Of a stretch of DNA of 64,000 nt, positions 55,256 through 64,000 are shown in pieces. The stretch comes from a virus. Taxonomy: Duplodnaviria; Heunggongvirae; Uroviricota; Caudoviricetes. A model generated the notes under the pieces. The model ran no database searches. It saw only the letters and a program-made list of their open reading frames with translations, and was not told the origin of the DNA. The translations under genes were made by a program, and so were the position numbers. The stretch is taken from IMG/VR virus record IMGVR_UViG_2585427970_000001; one strand, written 5' to 3'. How positions within the stretch are numbered: the stretch's first letter is position 1; each line of letters opens with the position of its first letter.

Positions 55256-55783
55256 ATGATGCACCTGAAAAATATTAAGGCCGGGAATCCGAAAACACCG
55301 GAACAATACCAGCTAACTAAAAAAGCGGGCGTGGTATGGCTCTTTTGCGAAGATGGCAAAAACTGGTATGAGGAACAAAAGAATTTTCAGCCAGACACCA
55401 TAAAAATTGCTTACGATGAGAACAACATCATCGTTGCTGTCAGTAAAGACGTTTCAACTATTAATCCTGAAGGGCTAAGCATAGTTGAAGTTCCTGATAT
55501 TACGGCAAATCGTCGCGCAGACAATAACGGAAAATGGATGTTTCTGGATGGTAAAGTAGTAAAGAGGGAATATACAGAACAGGAACTGCAACAACAGGCC
55601 GAATCACAAAAGGCCGCGTTACTTTCCGAAGCAGAAAGCGTTATTCAGCCACTGGAACGCGCCGTCAGGCTGAATATGGCGACGGATGAGGAACGCGCAC
55701 GACTGGAGTCATGGGAACGCTACAGTGTTCTGGTAAGCCGTGTGGATACGGCAAATCCTGAATGGCCACAAAAGCCTGAATAA
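55256..55783 (+). CDS. U' tail-fibre assembly chaperone (alternative copy)
   Basis: [23 protein letters not shown]..., paralogue of U on the opposite strand. Confidence 0.75.
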   Translation: MMHLKNIKAGNPKTPEQYQLTKKAGVVWLFCEDGKNWYEEQKNFQPDTIKIAYDENNIIVAVSKDVSTINPEGLSIVEVPDITANRRADNNGKWMFLDGKVVKREYTEQELQQQAESQKAALLSEAESVIQPLERAVRLNMATDEERARLESWERYSVLVSRVDTANPEWPQKPE

Positions 55784-55788
55784 AAATT

Positions 55789-55815
55789 AAGGCCCGCTAT
55801 CGGGCCTTGTTTCAT
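55789..55815. terminator. Bidirectional terminator between the convergent U' and U genes
   Basis: AAGGCCCG-CTAT-CGGGCCTT hairpin flanked by A/T runs. Confidence 0.65.
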
Positions 55816-56345
55816 TCAGGTTGTTCGGGAAATGTTACTGGTAGGCTGGAGGTGTCTGTGGATTCGACTTTCTGCGCAAAGAGCATCCACTCGGTTAATT
55901 TTTGTTTATTCTCGTCGGAAATGATGCCCAGCCGTAGCTGTGAGTCCCATAGCTGGGTTTTATCCCTGACAAGTTGCAACAGGCTTTGCTTTTCATTCTC
56001 TGCCTGCTGCCTCTGTTCCTCTTCGGTATAAGTTCGCTTTATCACCACGCCATCTTTGAACATCCATTTACCCGAAATATCAGCCCGGCGATTTGCTGTA
56101 ATATCAGGTAATTCAACGACGCTTGCGCCTTCCGGATTAATTGCTGAAACATCCTTTTCAATACAAATAATAACGCCGTTATGGTCATAGGCCATTTTCA
56201 ATGTGTCTGGCCGGAAATTCTTTTGTTCCTCATACCAGTTTTTTCCATCATCTGAATAAAGCCATTTGATGTTAAATTGCTTTGTTAGCTGGTATTGCTC
56301 TTTTGTTTTAGGATTGCCAGCAATAATGTTTTTTAAGTGCATCAT
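55812..56345 (-). CDS. U tail-fibre assembly chaperone (expressed orientation)
   Basis: 177 aa, MMHLKNIIAGNPKTKEQYQLTKQ...; start overlaps the S stop. Confidence 0.8.
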   Translation of the reverse strand: MMHLKNIIAGNPKTKEQYQLTKQFNIKWLYSDDGKNWYEEQKNFRPDTLKMAYDHNGVIICIEKDVSAINPEGASVVELPDITANRRADISGKWMFKDGVVIKRTYTEEEQRQQAENEKQSLLQLVRDKTQLWDSQLRLGIISDENKQKLTEWMLFAQKVESTDTSSLPVTFPEQPE

Positions 56346-56347
56346 AA

Positions 56348-58867
56348 TTAAATACTCCCTGCGTTATACCACGTTCCATTAATGCAATACTGAATTGGCC
56401 TTGCCTGAGTTGTATCAATTAATTCATCACGGTTTCCGTTAACTGAACCCGTAACGACATAACCTGACCTGTCAGACCAGCCGGGACCATTCCATGTCTG
56501 AACAGATGACAGACCGCCAAGGCGAATACCTGTAATAAACCTTGAGTTACATTCTGCCTGCGTGTATGCACCAACATCTCCCGCAGAGGGTTTGCGGGTT
56601 GTGGTGTAAAACTCTGACCAGTCAGCTTCAAAGCCATAACCATCACGAGCTGAACGATAAAAGATTCCGCCATTTCTGTAATTCACGCGGAACTGTACAG
56701 CAGGACAGCTCCCCGTATTCATATTGAAGTGGAGGATTAATGTCGATGCGCCACCAATATTTGCGTTATAGACCCCGCTATTCCAGTTCCAGCCAACAGC
56801 TTTATCATTTCCGACAGTGCTTCCTGTTTGCCCTAAAGCAAATGCAGGTTGCTGGTTTTTTGTGCTGTAGTCACGCCGCCAGCCTGGGGCGTAATCTGCG
56901 CCATGGTTTATATAAGTAAATTGTGCATTAGTAGTTCCGCCACCGCTGGAAGTGCTCGGGGTGGTTACACGGATAGTCATGGCACCTTTATTACCCATAA
57001 CCTCAATAACGCAACCTGCAAGATGAATAGTTCCACAACCAGTATCGGTAATAATTTTATTATTGCCGTATGACCATGAACATTTGCACATCCAGTATGG
57101 GTGATTGAATGCCCCTTGAGAATCCAGCCATTCAATCAATTGTGCCGTCGTCCAGTTTCCTGCACCTGTGCTAATAGCACCATGAAAAGAGCGGCAAGCA
57201 CCTATTGTTTGCGTAAATTTATCTTTGTTTGGAATATCTGCGCCGTTCTGGTTTTTCTGTAATGCTCCTACGGCTAATTCTACGGTTTGTTCAAGATTTA
57301 AATCTTCCGCCGTTAGCTCAATGTTTTTAGAACCATCAAATCCCACCCCGTTGATTGTTCGAGCTGTTTTCAATTTCGTCGCGGTGTCGGCGTTCCCTGT
57401 CAGCGCCCCGGTGATCCCGCCGTTGAAAGTCTGGCGCGCACTCCATGTGTTAGCCGTACTCAACAGGGGGATCTTTTCACCGCTGGTACCGAGTTCTCTT
57501 AAACCAAGGTATTGGATAACGGCCAGTGTGCTTGTTTTAGCCAGAATATCGCGACCGACTGACGTTAAATCAGTCTGAGCTACCGTATCCTTACCAGTGA
57601 AATAAGGCAGTTTGTTTGCACCAGTCGCAAGACCAGCAAGCGCGGTTAAAGTTGCATCAAGTGGCTGTTTCCCTGCCAGCGCATTTGTCATTGTTGTCGC
57701 AAAGTTCGGGTCATTGCCAAGTGCTGCGGCAAGCTCATTCAGGGTATCAAGAGCTTCTGGTGATGAACCAACCAATGCGGATATGGCAGCTCTTACATAA
57801 GCGGTCGTAGCAATCTGCGTGTTATTCGTACCCTGTGCAGCGGTAGGCGCAGTAGGTATTCCCGTTAATGCAGGACTTGCTAAAGGCGCTTTAAGGGCCA
57901 GAGCATTGTTGATAGTTGTGCTGTAATTCGGGTCGTTATTGATCGCAGCCGCTATTTCTTTCAGCGTATCCAGTGTACCAGGCGCACCGTTGATAAGTGC
58001 AGTTATAGCTGCCTTAACAAAGGCTGTATTTGCGATCTGCGTGCTGTTTGTACCTTGCGCTGCCGTCGGCGCGGTTGGCGTTCCTGTCAGACTCGGGCTT
58101 TCTATTGGCGCTTTGGTATCAGCCAGATCTTTTATAGACTTAACAGCTTTAGGGGTAGCCGCCATTGTTTCGCTGTCGCTGTTAGTTGCGCTACTGAGCT
58201 GAACTAATCCCTTTTGCGTTGTGCTTGCATCCTGCGCCGTATACTTGCTTTTCGCCAGATCGTAGGCTTTTTTAACTGCCAGCGAACTTGCAGCAACATC
58301 ACTTCTGGTACTGGTTACAGAGTCTGAAATATCAATGCCGATCGTGCGGTTGATACGCTCGGATGTATCAATCATCTCCTGGGTAATGGCAGATACACCA
58401 GCAGGGATATTCACCGTACAAACAAGCAGCTCCCCATCTCCTAACTGATATGAATCGGTATAGGTTCTGGAAACAAATTCAGCCGCATGAATATGTGACG
58501 CGGTATTCACCTGATAGGTATCTTCTCCAAGGAGGTATCTTCCCTTCAGCACAATTGCATATTTCTTGCCTGCACTAAGTGCAAGAGAAATATCCTTACG
58601 TTGCTGAATAGTTACCTGGTAGAATTCACCAATATCCACCGACGCCGCGCCTGCGGTTTTATCACCATCCACTGAGGTGATTAACAGGTTCATCCCACCG
58701 CCAGGCTTAGGTAAGAAACCGGCATAAAATCCCGGGTCAACAATCCCCCTGAATTTTCGGTTTAGCGCGGCTGACAGATATGGTTCGTGGTATTGCACAT
58801 CAGCCACCAGAGCCAACGACTCGGGTGATGGGTAAGTAACCGATGTGACAACTGTAACGTCATTCAT
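56348..58867 (-). CDS. S tail fibre (Sc constant part 57521-58867 fused across cix to Sv variable part 56348-57494)
   Basis: ORF continuous across the right cix site; start set at MNDVTVVTSV... (ORF opens at 58954); C-terminal variable domain. Confidence 0.75.
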   Translation of the reverse strand: MNDVTVVTSVTYPSPESLALVADVQYHEPYLSAALNRKFRGIVDPGFYAGFLPKPGGGMNLLITSVDGDKTAGAASVDIGEFYQVTIQQRKDISLALSAGKKYAIVLKGRYLLGEDTYQVNTASHIHAAEFVSRTYTDSYQLGDGELLVCTVNIPAGVSAITQEMIDTSERINRTIGIDISDSVTSTRSDVAASSLAVKKAYDLAKSKYTAQDASTTQKGLVQLSSATNSDSETMAATPKAVKSIKDLADTKAPIESPSLTGTPTAPTAAQGTNSTQIANTAFVKAAITALINGAPGTLDTLKEIAAAINNDPNYSTTINNALALKAPLASPALTGIPTAPTAAQGTNNTQIATTAYVRAAISALVGSSPEALDTLNELAAALGNDPNFATTMTNALAGKQPLDATLTALAGLATGANKLPYFTGKDTVAQTDLTSVGRDILAKTSTLAVIQYLGLRELGTSGEKIPLLSTANTWSARQTFNGGITGALTGNADTATKLKTARTINGVGFDGSKNIELTAEDLNLEQTVELAVGALQKNQNGADIPNKDKFTQTIGACRSFHGAISTGAGNWTTAQLIEWLDSQGAFNHPYWMCKCSWSYGNNKIITDTGCGTIHLAGCVIEVMGNKGAMTIRVTTPSTSSGGGTTNAQFTYINHGADYAPGWRRDYSTKNQQPAFALGQTGSTVGNDKAVGWNWNSGVYNANIGGASTLILHFNMNTGSCPAVQFRVNYRNGGIFYRSARDGYGFEADWSEFYTTTRKPSAGDVGAYTQAECNSRFITGIRLGGLSSVQTWNGPGWSDRSGYVVTGSVNGNRDELIDTTQARPIQYCINGTWYNAGSI
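57495..57520. other. cix crossover site (right), inside the S gene at the Sc/Sv junction
   Basis: TTCTCTTAAACCAAGGTATTGGATAA; encodes ...LGLRE... in frame. Confidence 0.75.
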
Positions 58868-58878
58868 CAAGCATATCC

Positions 58879-59313
58879 TTATGCTGTAGTCGTGTTTATG
58901 GCCATAACTGCGGTATATGTTTTGCCCACATACAGCGAGTCTTCCTGGACACAAATAATGGCGATTGGCTTGTTCTCGTTATCCAGAACAACCAGAGTGT
59001 TGAATGGGTAGTTTTTCCCTTCCTGCAACTGGCTTTGATCAAGGTCCATTCGGACAGTAATTATCCCGCCTGAGTAGGTTGGGACGAGGTTGATGGTGCA
59101 AAATTGACTGGTCAGTTCTGCCAGATCGAAAGCCTTTGGCAGTTCTCCAATCTCATAAGTGCCATCTCCTTTCTTAGTAACCAGTGAACTGGTACCGAAA
59201 ACGGCCTTGCTGATTAAAAATCGAGAGCCTTTGTTAATGGACGATTCAGCGCGCCGCTGATAGTAATAGTCCAACAACTGACTCTTATAGAGGTTTGTTG
59301 AGACGTCAGACAT
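58879..59313 (-). CDS. R-like tail protein upstream of S
   Basis: 144-aa ORF in the P1 gene R position. Confidence 0.5.
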   Translation of the reverse strand: MSDVSTNLYKSQLLDYYYQRRAESSINKGSRFLISKAVFGTSSLVTKKGDGTYEIGELPKAFDLAELTSQFCTINLVPTYSGGIITVRMDLDQSQLQEGKNYPFNTLVVLDNENKPIAIICVQEDSLYVGKTYTAVMAINTTTA

Positions 59314-59391
59314 GATTTTCCCTAATCAATGTTGTGAAGCCTCATTGTAAGAGAAGTAACTTGTCACCCCGCCCTGCGGACGGGGTGATTG

Positions 59392-60231
59392 TCAGGCGTC
59401 GCTATCCAGCAACAAATCATCTGCGCGTGTGCGATCAAACGTAGGTGTCGCTTTCACAATAGTGCCACCAGGCGTTGCGGTGATCGGGGTGCTAATCGAC
59501 GTAACTCCAGTAAGCGAAGTTGTATCCGAAGTTTCAAACCAGCAGAATGCTTTTTCGGTATCAGAAATCTCGTTCAAAGTGATCATGTCGGCCTGTTCAT
59601 TTACAACAACCGACAAATAGAGCGTAAGCCCATCAAACACTATATGCAGTGGCAGTAGAGGCTTTACGAACTGATTAAACTTTCTGAGAATTTCTTCTGT
59701 AATTGCGGACTGATCTATCGTGCCAGTAATCCCCATTGTCCGGGCCAGGTCGTTTATGGGAATACTGATCATCCCTCTGGAAGTCAGAAACATCTCGCCG
59801 AATGTGCCGCCGGTAGTCTCCAGTGTGCTTTCTGGTATTAGAACCGTGCCATAGGGATGACGCTCAAGGTCCACCGGTGCATATATCGGATCCCATAAAA
59901 CAGAAATACCGTTAAATTCGCGGTAAATTGTCTGGTTTATAGGGCGTTCAGTCCCCTTAAAGTGAATCTCATCAAGACGCTGTTGTAACAACATCGGAAC
60001 GGAAGATGAGTTCGACGTTCTGATAGTAAAGAACTGGCCAAGTTCATTTGTCCTGGTCTCCAGATCCTCCTTGCTCATGGAAAAAATAGACTTCCGGTTG
60101 GTAATTCGCTCCAACCATGAGTCAACAAAGGTATCCATCATTGACTGAACCAAATCAGCCAATGATTTATAGAGCAATGACTTTTGCTTAGCTGATGTAA
60201 GCCGGTTATTAAACCAGGAACGCTGCATCAC
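59392..60231 (-). CDS. Tail/baseplate protein (P1 gene-16 position)
   Basis: 279-aa ORF, translationally coupled to the upstream baseplate gene. Confidence 0.4.
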   Translation of the reverse strand: MMQRSWFNNRLTSAKQKSLLYKSLADLVQSMMDTFVDSWLERITNRKSIFSMSKEDLETRTNELGQFFTIRTSNSSSVPMLLQQRLDEIHFKGTERPINQTIYREFNGISVLWDPIYAPVDLERHPYGTVLIPESTLETTGGTFGEMFLTSRGMISIPINDLARTMGITGTIDQSAITEEILRKFNQFVKPLLPLHIVFDGLTLYLSVVVNEQADMITLNEISDTEKAFCWFETSDTTSLTGVTSISTPITATPGGTIVKATPTFDRTRADDLLLDSDA

Positions 60232-61661
60232 TCCTCCTCATACGAAATATTAAAGGTGGAGTTTTCTGTATCCAGATAAACGAAATCGTAAAAGTCGTTG
60301 GACTCATTCCACTCGACAAATTCCAGATAAAAGTCGCGGAAATAACCCAGCGTTTCGATAAATGCCCAAACGTCTTTTTTCTTGATTAGGATGTACTTGC
60401 CGACACGGTTCGGATCAAAGAAAGTTGAGTCACGCCCAAATTTTGTTTCCAGTGCCGACTTCAGCTCATCAGTCACGTTCTCAATGGTCAGGCTTGCCGA
60501 TATCCGCCCGGTGATGGTGATCTTAAAGGGTAGTTTTCTGACCTCTTTATACGAGAATTTCTTGTTCAACTCATTCGGCACCTTCTTAAAGGCAGCCAGG
60601 ATCATTTCTTCAAGCTCTGACTGGCTTTTGTTTGGATGCCATCCTGAAATAAATATCTTATTGATATTCCGAACATTATAAGCACCATCTAATTTCTCTT
60701 GCTGGCCTTCGCCCCATGCCTTTACCCAGGACAGTCCCGGGATGTTACGCACCAGAAAATACGTATAGTCCCCGCCCCATACGACCTGATCATCATAGGC
60801 AAGGTAATATTGTGCACGATTACGTGTGATCTCCGTTGTTTCGGCATCGGTACCTGCGGTTATGGGTGTCGTTGTCTTAACTGAAATCAAATTAGCTAAA
60901 TTAGCCGCAGAATCGACAGGCGTCAGGTTTTGGCCAGCAACCAGGGTTATATCGCCGTTGGTGCACCATACCTTAAGCGTAATTGTCGAACCTTCTGGCG
61001 GTATTTGCCCAATTAGCCCATCGCCGAATCGAACCCCCAACTGCTCGGATGGTTTATAAAACTCAACGTAGACCTGGCTTTTACTACCGGCTAACCGGAA
61101 CATAGTGCTGGAAGACCACTGCGTGGTCTTACCATCGGTCGTCACGAATACTTCCAGCTTATAGCAGACAGCAGTGAGAGCCTTTGATAACACGACTTCC
61201 AGAAATTCTTTGGCTGCCGTAACGGTATATGTCACCTCCTGGATTTCCAACTGTGCCACTTCTACCGTACCGGTGCCGTCAACCAACCTGCATACATCCA
61301 TAGTCATGTAAGGGTACTGGTCGTCAGATATTAAAGGCATGTTTTTGGGGATTACCGCTGGGGCATCTTCACTTGTGGCGGTGATCTCAATCATCCCCGA
61401 TGACGGTGTTGGCTTGGTACCAACGTAACTATTCGTTTCTGCCGCTGCCAGGATAGAGGAACGCCGCGTCGCGGTCGATATAAAGCCTTCAGCCAGCGCC
61501 GCATCGGCATACTGAAAGCACCTGTAGACAATCTGGGTAATAAACAATGTCAGCATCGAGACAAATTGAGAGCCGACAAACTTCGACCAGAATGAATCTT
61601 TCTCGACAAGCTCTTCAAACTCTGCACGAATACTGTCTTTAGTCGGTGTTGTTTTACTCAT
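60228..61661 (-). CDS. Baseplate protein (gpJ-like / P1 BplA-like)
   Basis: 477-aa ORF between a gp25/GpW-like gene and the gene-16-like gene. Confidence 0.45.
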   Translation of the reverse strand: MSKTTPTKDSIRAEFEELVEKDSFWSKFVGSQFVSMLTLFITQIVYRCFQYADAALAEGFISTATRRSSILAAAETNSYVGTKPTPSSGMIEITATSEDAPAVIPKNMPLISDDQYPYMTMDVCRLVDGTGTVEVAQLEIQEVTYTVTAAKEFLEVVLSKALTAVCYKLEVFVTTDGKTTQWSSSTMFRLAGSKSQVYVEFYKPSEQLGVRFGDGLIGQIPPEGSTITLKVWCTNGDITLVAGQNLTPVDSAANLANLISVKTTTPITAGTDAETTEITRNRAQYYLAYDDQVVWGGDYTYFLVRNIPGLSWVKAWGEGQQEKLDGAYNVRNINKIFISGWHPNKSQSELEEMILAAFKKVPNELNKKFSYKEVRKLPFKITITGRISASLTIENVTDELKSALETKFGRDSTFFDPNRVGKYILIKKKDVWAFIETLGYFRDFYLEFVEWNESNDFYDFVYLDTENSTFNISYEEE

Positions 61662-62017
61662 AGCACCACGTCCTGTGTGATAGTTATATCCCTGATACGA
61701 ATGGATATTTTCAACTTATCAAAAGCATCTCCCTCGGCTACTGACAAGCCAGAAATCGGTATGTCAGGTAAATCTACCGTCAGTTTTTGCAACAGCATTG
61801 CCTCAACCGCAATTTGAACATGCGACAAGTTGGTCGGTTCGTGTTTAAACTGCGGTAAAACATTGCCCCATGACGGATCTCCGTATACCTCACCCTGATA
61901 AGTGTTTAGCCACTCATATAAACGAGCGCCCCAGGCCTCCTCCTGGGACTCATACGTTTTTACGCCGGATAACTCCAGCGTCAGCAAAGGATCAATTTCG
62001 TTATTGTTGGCCATCAA
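61658..62017 (-). CDS. Baseplate wedge protein, gp25/GpW-like
   Basis: 119 aa; size and position typical of the GPW/gp25 family. Confidence 0.4.
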   Translation of the reverse strand: MMANNNEIDPLLTLELSGVKTYESQEEAWGARLYEWLNTYQGEVYGDPSWGNVLPQFKHEPTNLSHVQIAVEAMLLQKLTVDLPDIPISGLSVAEGDAFDKLKISIRIRDITITQDVVL

Positions 62018-63663
62018 TCAACTCTCGCGTAGTCATTCATCAACGGATCATCAATTAACAGTGGCACCGTGCGCATAACGCCCGGCTGAGGCGTGCTGAC
62101 CTTTACGACAGTTCCCTGGCCTTTCGCCGAGTCTTTGGTGTGCTCTTCAATCCTGGCAAGCAATGAGGTCATCTGCGCAAACAGCCGCTTCGTTTCACCA
62201 TCAAGTGAAACGGTATTATCAGCCAACTGCATTGTCGGCTTGGCACCGGAGCCGCCAAGGTCACTAATAACCTGTCCGTCTATCTGCATACGACCGGTTG
62301 GTTGCTGCAAATCGTTGGCGGCAGTCGTCACCTGGGACGTGGAGGCTGGTTCAGGCTCATTATTTTTCCGCATCCCCGGCGAGTTGCGGAGTTTATCGAA
62401 TAGTCCATCAATCCCCATTTGTGCGCCGAGCTGGTCAAAGTAACTTGAGTTGTTGGCCACCGGACGCGCCTCTTCAACTGGCATCTGGGTATCAACATAC
62501 ACATTGCCAGCTGCTGTTGCGGTCCCCTTCCCTCGTGCACGTTCTTCGAGCGTTCCCTGAACGACTTCCCGACGCATACCCCGGCCATTCATGAATTTGT
62601 TGACCAGATCGTTAACGCCAACAGCATTGCCGATTTTGTCTACCAGACCGCCTTTCTCAAACGGGCTATCACCAGGGGTAAACGCCAAGCCAGTAGACTG
62701 ATCGATAACAGCGTTATCAGGCAGTGGTCCCCTCACTCCATATTGCGCCCCACCCTGTGCTCCTGCTCCAGGTGTATAGATTTCACCACCTAAATAGCGA
62801 GCACGATGAGTATTGACCTTGATCGCGTACTCACGGTTTTCTTTCGATAAGTCACCTGTGCCTTTTTTCCACTTATTGATAGTGCCAAACCCAGCGTTAT
62901 ATGCAGTGATGGCCTCGTTTAAGTCTCCATTGGCTTGCTTCAGATACTTGCTCATGAGAAGAGCCGCAGCTTCTGCCGATTTTTCCGGATTAAAAGAATC
63001 TTCCCGGGATAATCCAGTTTCCTCACGAGCAACGCTCGTAAACTGGAACATTCCGAGAGCGCCACCACTTAGCTTTCCATTTGGTGATCTTGTAAGCGTA
63101 GATTTTGCGTTAGGATCACCACCAGATTCAGTTGCAGCGATCGCGTAAAGAGTACCTTCAGGAAGGCCATATTTATTCTCTAGTTCAGCAAAATACGGAG
63201 CCAACTTATCGAGATTTGCCTTACCTTCAGCGCCAAGACTTCCGACTTTTACATCCAAGTTGCCATTATTATAGGTATCCGCAGCTTTCTGAATGTCATT
63301 CCTGGTGCCAGTGGTATTAAGCGAGGATGATGACGAGCTATTTTGACCAATAGCTTTATCAATTTTCTGCAACGCGCTATTGCCCGTTTCTACGGCATTT
63401 GCATTGATAATCTGATTGGCAGTTTGTTTAACTGTTTTATTGCTATCTTTCGCTGTGTCCAGTGCCGCATTTATCACGCGGGTAGCAATATTACTCTGTT
63501 TGGCATCGGATTCAGTTTTAGAATCAGACGTCTCCTGGTGGCTATTAACCGGAGCTTTTAACTCTGGAGTGATTTCTTTCGCATTAGCCTCGCCGATCGG
63601 ATTGGGTATTTTTGATACAATCATTGCCGCAGGGGTATCTTTTAACGGCATCAACCGCTGCAT
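62014..63663 (-). CDS. Tail-associated lytic transglycosylase (SLT domain), Sit-like
   Basis: 549 aa; SLT motif region ...AIAATESGGDPNAKS...GMFQFTSVAREETGL...AYNAG...; Ser-rich linker. Confidence 0.65.
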   Translation of the reverse strand: MQRLMPLKDTPAAMIVSKIPNPIGEANAKEITPELKAPVNSHQETSDSKTESDAKQSNIATRVINAALDTAKDSNKTVKQTANQIINANAVETGNSALQKIDKAIGQNSSSSSSLNTTGTRNDIQKAADTYNNGNLDVKVGSLGAEGKANLDKLAPYFAELENKYGLPEGTLYAIAATESGGDPNAKSTLTRSPNGKLSGGALGMFQFTSVAREETGLSREDSFNPEKSAEAAALLMSKYLKQANGDLNEAITAYNAGFGTINKWKKGTGDLSKENREYAIKVNTHRARYLGGEIYTPGAGAQGGAQYGVRGPLPDNAVIDQSTGLAFTPGDSPFEKGGLVDKIGNAVGVNDLVNKFMNGRGMRREVVQGTLEERARGKGTATAAGNVYVDTQMPVEEARPVANNSSYFDQLGAQMGIDGLFDKLRNSPGMRKNNEPEPASTSQVTTAANDLQQPTGRMQIDGQVISDLGGSGAKPTMQLADNTVSLDGETKRLFAQMTSLLARIEEHTKDSAKGQGTVVKVSTPQPGVMRTVPLLIDDPLMNDYARVD

Positions 63664-63686
63664 CTAATGCTTTACCTGGTAAATTT

Positions 63687-64000
63687 TTAACCCCATCCCA
63701 AAATATTACCAGCCGCCTCTTTAATGTGTTTCCCTGGGTTCTTAATGAAGTCAATTGCACTATCAAGTTGCATCACTGAAACCTGTTTCAGGTTATCGAC
63801 AGTAAAGAAGTCTTTTATGGCATCCAGCTTTTCAAGCAACTTATTAGATGTATCGCTAAACCATGCTGAAACAGCATCACCAATCTTTGCTGTGTAATCA
63901 TCGAACTTGGTAGAAATGGTGTCGCCAAGGTTAGAAATATATGTTTCTAAGTTGGTAATCCCACTATCAATGGCCTGGGCAATACTTTCCGTCGAAAATG
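63687..64000 (-). CDS. 3' end of an upstream tail gene (5'-partial at the window edge)
   Basis: Minus-strand frame open from 64000 down to a TAA at 63687-63689; ends 24 bp before the Sit-like start. Confidence 0.35.
   Translation of the reverse strand, partial: FSTESIAQAIDSGITNLETYISNLGDTISTKFDDYTAKIGDAVSAWFSDTSNKLLEKLDAIKDFFTVDNLKQVSVMQLDSAIDFIKNPGKHIKEAAGNILGWG

Overview
This window reads as a contiguous segment of a P1-like temperate phage / phage-plasmid from an enterobacterial host, carrying several cargo and insertion events. Calls rest on reading the translated ORFs and DNA motifs against remembered P1 biology; no database search was run. Recognised P1 backbone, in order: phd-doc addiction module, pdcA/pdcB, lpa, pacA with its pac site, pacB, c1 and coi (immC), loxP, cre, cra, ref, mat, type III mod-res, lxc/ulx/darB, prt/pro, lyz, ssb, the dar operon (hdf, darA, ddrA, ddrB, iddB), lydA/lydB, cin with the invertible tail-fibre C-segment (Sv', U', U, S), R, baseplate genes and an SLT-domain Sit-like protein. 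Departures from that backbone: (1) about 11 kb of cargo upstream of phd with divergent PapI-like and PapB-like regulators, a 2649-aa AIDA/Ag43-type autotransporter adhesin, an Skp-like chaperone and a LuxR-type HTH protein; (2) a 1310-bp IS3-family element (IS629-like) inside pacB with a 3-bp TAC duplication; (3) an icd-ant module with a candidate small RNA between pacB and c1; (4) two tnpB-only IS200/IS605-family elements in inverted orientation, each ending on the stop codon of a phage gene; (5) an OmpC/OmpF-type porin gene with a 740-bp AT-rich leader and a perfect CRP half-site pair; (6) an ssb gene whose canonical C-terminal DDIPF tip is out of frame. Seven copies of the P1 C1 operator core were found. 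No rRNA, tRNA or CRISPR array was recognised.
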